Virus record (IMG/VR): IMGVR_UViG_3300014208_000007
Span: 1-62,041 of that record
DNA length: 62,041 nt
Direction: 5' to 3' (one strand)
Source: a virus
Part shown: positions 55,724-62,041 of the stretch, piece by piece
How positions within the stretch are numbered: position 1 is the first letter of the stretch
Layout: each line of letters begins with the position of its first letter
Notes under the pieces: model-generated
What the model saw: the letters and a program-made list of their open reading frames with translations, nothing else
What the model was told of the DNA's origin: nothing
Database searches by the model: none
Made by a program: the position numbers and the translations under genes

Positions 55724-56099
55724 TGTGAACTGCTGCATACTCGCCGGCAACCTGACTCGCGCGCCGGAAGTGAAGTTTTCCCAAGCAGGAACCGCCATCT
55801 GCAACATTTCCCTTGCCGTCAACTCGAAGAGGAAGTCCGGCGACCAGTGGATCGACGAGGTTTCCTACTTCGACCTGGTGGCCTTCGGAAAGACGGCAGA
55901 AGCGATCGGGGAATACGTCGGCAAGGGACAGTCAATCCTGGCCGAGTGCAGGGCCAAGCAGGAGCGATGGGAGAAGGAAGGCGTCAAAAAGCAGGCCGTC
56001 CGGTTTCAGATAGACAGGGTGCATTTCCTGTCGCCGAAGAAGGACGAGGCCGCCGCAGCAGGGCAGGATCAACCGCCCGACGACGATATACCTCTTTAG
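55716..56099 (+). CDS. ssb: Single-stranded DNA-binding protein, 127 aa
   Basis: OB-fold pattern (NCCILAGNLTRAPEVKF...) and acidic tail DDDIPL. Confidence 0.85.
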   Translation: MANVNCCILAGNLTRAPEVKFSQAGTAICNISLAVNSKRKSGDQWIDEVSYFDLVAFGKTAEAIGEYVGKGQSILAECRAKQERWEKEGVKKQAVRFQIDRVHFLSPKKDEAAAAGQDQPPDDDIPL

Positions 56100-56160
56100 C
56101 CGCCCGCCCTTACTCTGCCGCAGGAGGGAAGATGAACTGGATCGACGTGAAGGAGACGAA

Positions 56161-56541
56161 ATGACACATGAAGAATGTCTGCGACGCATCCAAGGACTTA
56201 TCGAAGAATGTTTGCCTGGTGCGAGTCCCGACGACCTTATCAACATAGAGGAATTACTGTCAGCATTTGGCAAGGATGACTCTATTGTCCAGATCGCAAC
56301 AATGATACACGATGACGGGACCAAGGACGACCGCATAACACTTCGATGTTACCTGCCAGACATGGTTGGATCAGAGATTTACGATGAGGACTCTATTCCG
56401 AAAATCCCTTTCAGGGATGTAGTCATGACTCACGCGGAAGAGGAATCAGATGAGGAAGTTCGTCATCTCGTAATGCTACTGCGCAAACTCGCCGATGAAC
56501 TTGAAACGAAACTCCCCGCCCCGCCGAAGGAGGGAACGTGA
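56161..56541 (+). CDS. Strongly acidic hypothetical protein, 126 aa
   Basis: AAGGAGACGAA SD. Asp/Glu-rich throughout and locally AT-richer DNA. Directly upstream of dcm. Confidence 0.65.
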   Translation: MTHEECLRRIQGLIEECLPGASPDDLINIEELLSAFGKDDSIVQIATMIHDDGTKDDRITLRCYLPDMVGSEIYDEDSIPKIPFRDVVMTHAEEESDEEVRHLVMLLRKLADELETKLPAPPKEGT

Positions 56542-56554
56542 GGGTGCTGGTCGC

Positions 56555-58024
56555 GTGAAGCTCGCTACGTTATGCTCCGGCATCGGTGCCCCCGAGGTCG
56601 CCGCCAAGCGGCTCGGATGGGAGTGTCTATGGTCATCGGAAATCGAACCGTTCTCGTCTGCCGTGTTGGCGCATCATCACCCCGAATCCGTGAATCACGG
56701 AGATCTGACTAAGTTGTGCGGAGGCGACCTTGAAAAGCCAGATGTCATTGTTTTCGGCAGTCCCTGTCAGTCCTTCTCCGTCGCCGGAAAGCGGGCCGGA
56801 CTGGATGACCCGCGTGGCGACATCACGCTTGAGTGCCTACGAATTGTTGGCGAACTTCTTCCCGAATGGATTGTCTGGGAAAACGTCCCCGGTGTCCTGT
56901 CAATCGATGGAGGACGGACGTTTGGAGCCGTCCTCGGAATCCTGGGCAAACTCGGGTATGGGTTCGCCTACCGGATTCTTGACGCTCAATTCTTCGGAGT
57001 TCCGCAACGGCGCCGTCGCGTGTTCGTTGTCGGACATCTTGGAGGATGGCGAAGTGCCGCGGCGGTACTTTTTGAGCGGGAGAGCCTGTGCGGGCATCCT
57101 CCGCCGCGCCGAGAAAAGGGGGAAGACATTGCCGGGACAATTAAGGGCGGCTCTGGAGAGCGTGGCTACCCTGACCCCTCGGACGGTAACGGAGGCGGTT
57201 TGATCGCGCAACCGTTGAGGGCAAAGGCGAACATGGTGCATCGGGAAGACATGGACACGCTCATCGCCCACCCCCTCCGCGCCGAAGGATTCGACGCAAG
57301 CGAGGACGGCACGGGCAGGGGGACGCCGCTGGTGCTGGCCCACGGTCAAGGGAACGCCGAGGTCGGAGAGGACATCGGGACCACGCTGAGCTGCAACCAT
57401 GAAGCGCCCATCGTCTTCGACCCGAACCAGGTGACATCGCCGGGGAACTACAGCAACCCGAAGCGGGGCGATCCGTGTCATCCGCTGGTGAGTGCGGCGC
57501 CGCCGATGATGGCGTTCACCCAGAACACCCGCGAGGAGGTGCGCGACCTGAAGGATGTCGCCGGGGCCATATCATCTGAACCCGGGACGCATCAGACGAC
57601 GTATGTCGCTTCAGGATTCCTGCCGACTCAGGGCGCGGGCGCGGGCGCGGGCACAATCGGCTACGAGAAGGAACTTGGACCGACTCTGCGTAGCGGATGC
57701 GACCAGTACGGGGTGCATATCGCACCATCCTTGACCGCATCGAACGATCCATCCCGTTCCCCACAGTCTCAGGAGATAACGCAACAGGTGGACGCGGTGT
57801 ATCTGGCATCCATGTCCGTCCGCCGCCTCACGCCACGGGAATGTTGCAGACTCCAGGGCTTCCCCGACGATTACTCGCTTATCCAGTACAAGAACAAGCC
57901 CGCCGCCGATGGTCCACGTTACAAGGCCCTCGGTAACTCGATGGCGGTGCCGGTGATGGAATGGATACTCAGGAGGATCGGGATGATAACCTGCCCGCAC
58001 CATATCGGGGAGAGAGAGGGCTGA
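56555..58024 (+). CDS. dcm: DNA (cytosine-5) methyltransferase with an unusually long variable region, about 489 aa (GTG start; an ATG at 56495 is possible)
   Basis: Motifs LCSGIG (I), GSPCQSFS (IV), ENVPG (VI), QRRRR (VIII), RECCRLQGFP (IX) and GNSMAVPV (X). Roughly 230 aa lie between VIII and IX. Confidence 0.85.
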   Translation: MKLATLCSGIGAPEVAAKRLGWECLWSSEIEPFSSAVLAHHHPESVNHGDLTKLCGGDLEKPDVIVFGSPCQSFSVAGKRAGLDDPRGDITLECLRIVGELLPEWIVWENVPGVLSIDGGRTFGAVLGILGKLGYGFAYRILDAQFFGVPQRRRRVFVVGHLGGWRSAAAVLFERESLCGHPPPRREKGEDIAGTIKGGSGERGYPDPSDGNGGGLIAQPLRAKANMVHREDMDTLIAHPLRAEGFDASEDGTGRGTPLVLAHGQGNAEVGEDIGTTLSCNHEAPIVFDPNQVTSPGNYSNPKRGDPCHPLVSAAPPMMAFTQNTREEVRDLKDVAGAISSEPGTHQTTYVASGFLPTQGAGAGAGTIGYEKELGPTLRSGCDQYGVHIAPSLTASNDPSRSPQSQEITQQVDAVYLASMSVRRLTPRECCRLQGFPDDYSLIQYKNKPAADGPRYKALGNSMAVPVMEWILRRIGMITCPHHIGEREG

Positions 58025-58073
58025 TGCCCATGAAAATCGACGGACGCGAGTGGAAACAATTCCCGGAGGCAAC

Positions 58074-58289
58074 ATGATTAAGGAAGAAAAGGAACTGAGG
58101 GAATGGTGGGCATCTATTGAGTTCCCGCATGAGAACAAGCGTGATTTTTTCAAGGACATCCGCGCTTTCGAGAAAGCCGTGCGGGAGGGCTGCGCTTCGG
58201 TGGCGGAAAACTGTGTCGTGAGAAGTGACAACTTCAACGTATCTGTTATTCGAGAGGGCATAGCCGCCGCCATCCGGGGGAGGAAGTGA
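58074..58289 (+). CDS. Hypothetical protein, 71 aa
   Basis: GGAGG SD before the ATG at 58074. Confidence 0.55.
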   Translation: MIKEEKELREWWASIEFPHENKRDFFKDIRAFEKAVREGCASVAENCVVRSDNFNVSVIREGIAAAIRGRK

Positions 58290-59089
58290 TGCTGATAACA
58301 AAGTTGGACGATGAGAGGCTGGATCATGTTCATACCAAGGCAACTGGCTTACCAATACTTTACTTAACATCCCTCCGCGCCTCCTTGGAGCGCGAGGAAG
58401 CCGTCATGGAAAAGAGTCGGATGCAACTTGTGGCGATAAGTGTTGTGGCGCTTGCGAACACTTTGGAGTCCGCGAAGGGCGCGAGGCTGTCAAGGGACCA
58501 CGAATACTGGACGCCAAGCCACGATGATGTGTGCGCCGCCGTAGATCGGGAGATGGCCCTACGCGCCGAGCGCGACGTCACCAACGCCCGCTTCACCGTG
58601 CCCATCGTCTGTATCTGTGGATCGACGCGCTTCAAACAGGCGTGGATCGCGGAGAACGCCAGACTCACAGGTGAGGGGAACATCGTCCTCGCAGTCGGAC
58701 TGTGGGGCCATCACGAACGTGTGTTTCCTGACGCGGAAACGAAAAAGAAGTTAGACGAACTCCACCTCCGCAAGATCGACCTGTGCGATTGGGTGTGGGT
58801 GCTCGACATCGGCGGGTATATCGGAGAATCAACGCGGAGCGAGATCGCCTACGCCGAGGCGCACGGCAAGCCGGTGTGCTACTTGTCTAAGGAGATCCCC
58901 GATTACGTGGAACCGGTTGACGCCGCCAACGCCATCCTCGCCCGCATCGAGGTGGAGGGGATGGCGGAGATAATGTATGAGGCACATGGTATCCATAAAT
59001 GGAATATCGAAATACTACACACTTCTACCGTGAATTATTGGAGAGAGAAAGCCCGCGCCCTGCGCGACTACCTGAAGGGAGGGAAGTAG
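58289..59089 (+). CDS. Protein with a nucleoside 2-deoxyribosyltransferase-like domain, 266 aa
   Basis: PIVCICGSTRF...VLDIGGYIGESTRSEIAYAEAHGKPVCYL resembles the Nuc_deoxyri_tr2-type pattern (recollection). N- and C-terminal extensions are unassigned. Confidence 0.4.
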   Translation: MLITKLDDERLDHVHTKATGLPILYLTSLRASLEREEAVMEKSRMQLVAISVVALANTLESAKGARLSRDHEYWTPSHDDVCAAVDREMALRAERDVTNARFTVPIVCICGSTRFKQAWIAENARLTGEGNIVLAVGLWGHHERVFPDAETKKKLDELHLRKIDLCDWVWVLDIGGYIGESTRSEIAYAEAHGKPVCYLSKEIPDYVEPVDAANAILARIEVEGMAEIMYEAHGIHKWNIEILHTSTVNYWREKARALRDYLKGGK

Positions 59090-59090
59090 T

Positions 59091-59258
59091 ATGGGTGAGA
59101 TAGCCGACATGATGCTTGATGGTGTGCTGTGCGAAACCTGCGGGGAATACATCGGAGACGAAGTTGGATTCCCTCGGCGGTGTGCGTCCTGTGTTGCGAA
59201 ATTGAAAAAGCCGAAGATGCCCACGAAGCCAAAGTGGTTACGGAAGGGGAAGCCATGA
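59091..59258 (+). CDS. Zinc-ribbon peptide, 55 aa (below the ORF-track cut-off)
   Basis: GAAGGGAGGGAAG SD. CETCGEY...CASCV. ATGA overlap with the next gene. Confidence 0.5.
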   Translation: MGEIADMMLDGVLCETCGEYIGDEVGFPRRCASCVAKLKKPKMPTKPKWLRKGKP

Positions 59259-60031
59259 CCCCCGAACAGAAGGTGTGGGATGAACGTGTGGAGTTGGCGA
59301 AACGCGACCGTTGCGACATAACGATGCACTCAGAAACCATCCTCGCTCGTGACGCCTACACGAAGGAGTTGGAGGGGAGGCTGTGTAAGGCGGAGGAATT
59401 AATTGCCAACGCCGGAATGCACGACTCGTCGTGTAAGGTTGATGAGGGCGATGAATGTTCATGCTCCCAATTTCCCTCCCCCTGCCGACACGAGGAGGAG
59501 GCGAAGCGCAAAACAGCGGAGTGCACGTTGTTGTTTGATGACGGGGTACAGGTGCGTGAAGAAAACAAGCGGCTGCGGGAGGCGGTGGAGTGGGCGTGTG
59601 CGGAGCTGGAAAGGGAATCCAAGGCTGACGTATTGTTGTCTCTTAACGCCGAGTGCCGAAAAATACAAGAAGGATTAGGTAATATAATTCGCACTCGGCT
59701 TGCCAATTTCGCGACCGAACTCCGCCGCCGGGCAGGAGGAGGGGTGATGAAGATCGAACGCTGTTGCGCTTGTGGCGATCCTACGGATAGGGCGGGACGT
59801 GCCGATGACTCCTTATATACGAGTGAGGGTATTGGTCCGTTCTGTTCGTCGTGTTACGACGGGGCGTTACACGTGGAGAAGGTCTACAAAGAAATGCTTG
59901 CCCGTAAGACGTCCGAGTGTACCGCTTTCTTCGATGATGGCGTGTTGAAGGGTAAGCGAATAAAACAATTGGAAATTGGATATGACGAATTGCGCACTGT
60001 TTGCAATAGGCTCATGCCGGGAGGCAAGTGA
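59255..60031 (+). CDS. Cys-rich coiled-coil hypothetical protein, 258 aa
   Basis: Internal ATG of ORF 59129-60031 and lower-GC DNA. Internal duplication hinted by ...KTAECTLLFDDGVQV... and ...KTSECTAFFDDGVLK... Confidence 0.6.
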   Translation: MTPEQKVWDERVELAKRDRCDITMHSETILARDAYTKELEGRLCKAEELIANAGMHDSSCKVDEGDECSCSQFPSPCRHEEEAKRKTAECTLLFDDGVQVREENKRLREAVEWACAELERESKADVLLSLNAECRKIQEGLGNIIRTRLANFATELRRRAGGGVMKIERCCACGDPTDRAGRADDSLYTSEGIGPFCSSCYDGALHVEKVYKEMLARKTSECTAFFDDGVLKGKRIKQLEIGYDELRTVCNRLMPGGK

Positions 60032-60303
60032 TGCCGCCAGAATGCCATGCTTGCGGGACATATTGGGCAAACGGTGCGCCGGGATGTGGTTGCGATGGCC
60101 GGGAACCGAGGGTAATTATCCGCGAACTGCAATCCTCCTGCGCCGCCAAGGACGCGGAGATCAGGGGGCTGAGGGCTGACCTGGAAACTAGTACTCACCT
60201 TACCATCGCGGTGGGGGATAGGAATAGGGAATTGAGGGATACCATAGACGTACTGGACGGATTGATTAAACTCGCCATTCGCGCCCTCAACGGGAAGGAG
60301 TGA
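60031..60303 (+). CDS. Hypothetical protein, 90 aa
   Basis: TGATG-coupled. N-terminal Cys cluster (CHACG...GCGC), then coiled-coil. Confidence 0.55.
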   Translation: MPPECHACGTYWANGAPGCGCDGREPRVIIRELQSSCAAKDAEIRGLRADLETSTHLTIAVGDRNRELRDTIDVLDGLIKLAIRALNGKE

Positions 60304-60306
60304 CGC

Positions 60307-60459
60307 ATGGGAGACGCCATCAGCATCGTATTCATCGTCATGATCGCCATGTGGCTCGGCTTTAACTTGGGCGTAATGGTCGGAGAGAAACATGAGCGCA
60401 ACCGGACTCGGTTGATGGTAGGTGGCGTGGAACCACCTATCGACAGTAAGAAGGGGTGA
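60307..60459 (+). CDS. 50-aa single-TM peptide
   Basis: AAGGAG SD. ISIVFIVMIAMWLGFNLGVMV. The junction sequence AAGGRGTGACGCATGG is repeated at the next gene. Confidence 0.45.
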   Translation: MGDAISIVFIVMIAMWLGFNLGVMVGEKHERNRTRLMVGGVEPPIDSKKG

Positions 60460-60462
60460 CGC

Positions 60463-60633
60463 ATGGACAAGGGACCGTGGAAGGTACGCCGGTCTGATAA
60501 GTACGGCGCACTCGTGACATCCGACGACTTCACGCACGACGTTACGCTGACGATCAGTGGGGATTTCCGCAACCGTGCCGAGAAGATAAAGTACGCCGAG
60601 TGGCTGGCGAAAAGACTGAACGGGAAGGGGTGA
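60463..60633 (+). CDS. Hypothetical protein, 56 aa
   Basis: AAGGGG SD. MDKGPWKVRRSDKYGALVTSDDF... Confidence 0.45.
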   Translation: MDKGPWKVRRSDKYGALVTSDDFTHDVTLTISGDFRNRAEKIKYAEWLAKRLNGKG

Positions 60634-60670
60634 GGATGGTAGCCAACAATCAGACCATAGGAGGGCCGAC

Positions 60671-60958
60671 ATGAAAGGCAAGTATTGCATGGTCAGGACG
60701 TACAGCGCGGGAGTGTTTGCGGGAACGATCGTGTCCATGAAGGGGAAGGAGGCGAAACTAAAGAATGCCCGGCGGATCTGGTATTGGGACGGCGCGGCGT
60801 CCCTGTCGCAGTTGGCGACCAGCGGGACATCCAAGCCCGAGAACTGCAAATTCCCCGAACCCGTGGCGTCCATACTGCTCACGGAGGTCATCGAGGTGAT
60901 TCCGATCACGCTCGCCGCGAAGAAGTCCATCGAGTCGGTGCCGGTATGGAAAAAATAA
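60671..60958 (+). CDS. Conserved phage hypothetical protein, 95 aa
   Basis: GGAGGG SD. The MKGKYCMVRTYSAGVFAG...ARRIWYWDGAASLSQLA pattern is common in phages (recollection). Confidence 0.65.
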   Translation: MKGKYCMVRTYSAGVFAGTIVSMKGKEAKLKNARRIWYWDGAASLSQLATSGTSKPENCKFPEPVASILLTEVIEVIPITLAAKKSIESVPVWKK

Positions 60959-61185
60959 CTTCGGGGTCCGGGTACGGGTCCGGGTCCGGGGACGGGTCCG
61001 GGGACGGGTACGGGTCCGGGTACGGGTCCGGGTCCGGGTACGGGTCCGGGTCCGGGGACGGGTCCGGGGACGGGTACGGGTCCGGGTACGGGTCCGGGTC
61101 CGGGTCCGGGGACGGGTCCGGGGACGGGTACGGGTCCGGGTACGGGTCCGGGTCCGGGTACGGGTCCGGGTCCGGGTACGGGTAA
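60946..61185 (+). CDS. Possible 79-aa low-complexity protein: MEKITS followed by 36 Gly-X dipeptides and a terminal Gly (37 Gly; X = Ser, Tyr or Asp only)
   Basis: ATG-initiated frame through the tandem array. Every Gly is GGG, Ser is TCC, Tyr is TAC and Asp is GAC. Overlaps the upstream gene by 13 nt and has no clear SD. Coding status uncertain. Confidence 0.4.
   Translation: MEKITSGSGYGSGSGDGSGDGYGSGYGSGSGYGSGSGDGSGDGYGSGYGSGSGSGDGSGDGYGSGYGSGSGYGSGSGYG
60963..61182 (+). repeat. Tandem hexanucleotide array (GGG-TCC/TAC/GAC) with 37 G-runs and higher-order ~60-66-nt units
   Basis: Read directly. Strict 6-nt period. Fits the G3-N3 G-quadruplex consensus many times over on the plus strand. 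Confidence 0.9.
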
Positions 61186-61258
61186 TCGGTTTTACCGGGG
61201 GCCGCGCATCCGGTAAAAACACGCGCCTACATCCTCCTGAACAGCGCAGCGATGACGC

Positions 61259-61531
61259 CTACTTCCCGAATATCATCGGCAGGTATGATTTTAACAAGAT
61301 CACAACTATGCCGCCGAGTGCGCCGACGACCATCAGCATGAGGTTGTCTAGTTTGCCGAATATCTTGTCGCCCATTGCGCCACGGGCCTTTATCTCAGAG
61401 ATTAAGTCCTGCCGCAATTCGTTCGATGTCCGCTCGTGCCATTCCTTGTGGCCGCATCCGTCGCGGGCCAAGTTGGTATGATCGTCTCGTAATTTGTCGA
61501 TGGCTTTCCACACGTCGTCACCGTTCGCCAT
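61259..61531 (-). CDS. Tail-anchored membrane protein, 90 aa
   Basis: Internal ATG of ORF 61259-61756 with a GGGAG SD. C-terminal TM LMLMVVGALGGIVVILL. Confidence 0.55.
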   Translation of the reverse strand: MANGDDVWKAIDKLRDDHTNLARDGCGHKEWHERTSNELRQDLISEIKARGAMGDKIFGKLDNLMLMVVGALGGIVVILLKSYLPMIFGK

Positions 61532-61547
61532 GATTGACTCCCGCCTG

Positions 61548-61979
61548 TTATTTTGCCGCCGCGCCGATGAAGCCGACGATGATCCCGAGCGCGACCCACT
61601 TCCCGGCATTGAGTACCCTCTGATACCACGGCCCCGCCGCGATCTTGGCGGCGTCTTGTCCGGCCTTCCGGGTATCCTCCACCAGTTTCCGGGCGTCCGC
61701 GAGTTCCCGATCCTGTTCCGCGACCCGCTGGTCGATGATCCCGGCGCGGGATTCACAGGATGTCAAGGCGTCCTCCGCGGCGACCACCGCATCCCGGCAG
61801 GGGGGCAGGGACTCCAGATCCTGGAGGATTCGCTCCCCATCGGGCAGGGGGAAGCAGATTTCGCCCCCGGAGGGGTGCGATGCCGGGGGGTAGACGGGGT
61901 TATCCCCCCCGAGGCCATAGGTAGGCATACCCCCCGCCAACAGGACGCAGCACAGACCGATTATGGCGGTTTTCCTCAT
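61548..61979 (-). CDS. Envelope protein with N-terminal signal/lipoprotein-like peptide, Pro-rich and coiled-coil regions and a C-terminal TM (spanin-related candidate), 143 aa
   Basis: MRKTAIIGLCCVLLAGG... and C-terminal WVALGIIVGFIGAAA. Follows the Rz-like gene across the circular junction (the start lies in the terminal overlap). Confidence 0.45.
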   Translation of the reverse strand: MRKTAIIGLCCVLLAGGMPTYGLGGDNPVYPPASHPSGGEICFPLPDGERILQDLESLPPCRDAVVAAEDALTSCESRAGIIDQRVAEQDRELADARKLVEDTRKAGQDAAKIAAGPWYQRVLNAGKWVALGIIVGFIGAAAK

Positions 61980-62041
61980 TGGACTTTCCCCCGATACCCC
62001 ATTTTCAGGAATCGTTCCTCGATTTCGCCGGGATTCTTGGG
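61919..62041. repeat. Terminal overlap copy 2 (identical to 1-123)
   Basis: Exact 123-nt identity with the window start. Confidence 0.9.

Noticed and set aside
60963-61182. Tandem array considered as a CRISPR array
   Set aside because: The period is 6 nt with no unique spacers and no cas genes.
60946-61185. Gly-Ser/Tyr/Asp repeat peptide as a RiPP precursor for the radical-SAM/SPASM enzyme at 32550-33485
   Set aside because: The genes are about 28 kb apart on opposite strands in different transcription units. The radical-SAM gene is embedded in a sugar-enzyme operon. Kept only as a speculative aside.
61190-61218. Inverted repeat TTTTACCGG…CCGGTAAAA between the convergent blocks, considered as a bidirectional terminator
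   Set aside because: Only 5 of the 9 stem pairs are G-C, the loop is 11 nt, and no U-tract follows on either strand. At best it is a weak hairpin.
60758-61222. Minus-strand ORF reading the tandem array as (TR/PR)n
   Set aside because: It has no SD and runs antisense into the end of a conserved-looking plus-strand gene. The plus-strand frame at least starts with ATG in operon context. Coding on either strand remains unproven.
1-62041. Searched by eye for integrase/repressor lysogeny genes, tRNAs, CRISPR arrays, a reverse transcriptase (DGR, given the Mtd-like fibre N-terminus) and toxin-antitoxin pairs
   Set aside because: None recognised. The Mtd-like motif is a common fibre N-terminal domain and there is no RT or template repeat. 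Absence claims are limited by manual inspection.

Overview
The window is a complete, GC-rich (about 60% by eye) tailed-phage genome assembled as a circle. Nt 1-123 recur exactly at 61919-62041, so the unit length is 61,918 bp.

Late block: about 44 kb of the minus strand (44290 down to 87, continuing across the junction to 61259) is one tightly packed block, with many ATGA/TGATG stop-start overlaps. In order it carries:
- small DNA-binding proteins, TerS, and a TerL interrupted by an intein
- portal
- a 7-gene glycosyltransferase / radical-SAM tailoring cassette
- scaffold, an HK97-type major capsid protein, a decoration protein, and tail / internal-virion proteins
- a 4,156-aa methyltransferase + SNF2-helicase giant protein
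- six consecutive proteins with Sec signal peptides, some of them tail-fibre-like
- a lysis cassette (M15 endolysin, holin, spanin-like proteins)

Early and accessory genes lie in plus-strand units 44397-46059 and 50210-61185 and in minus-strand unit 49986-46127. They include RadC/JAB, a SpoVG-like protein, an RHH protein, Dam, a RuvC-like resolvase, an Acb2/Tad1-like protein, a Cas4-like nuclease, an SMC-like ATPase, SSB and Dcm. I saw no DNA or RNA polymerase, primase, integrase, tRNA or CRISPR array.

Most notable observations:
1. The terminase intein interior encodes an HNH endonuclease on the opposite strand, with its own consensus promoter and SD.
2. A 119-aa gene with its own SD is overprinted in the +1 frame on a linker of the giant protein.
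3. The glycan / radical-SAM operon is wedged between portal and scaffold.
4. A run of Sec-signal-bearing fibre-like proteins lies between the giant gene and the lysis genes.
5. A 220-nt (GGG-N3)37 array encodes a pure Gly-Ser/Tyr/Asp peptide.

All family assignments come from motif reading and memory. No searches were run.
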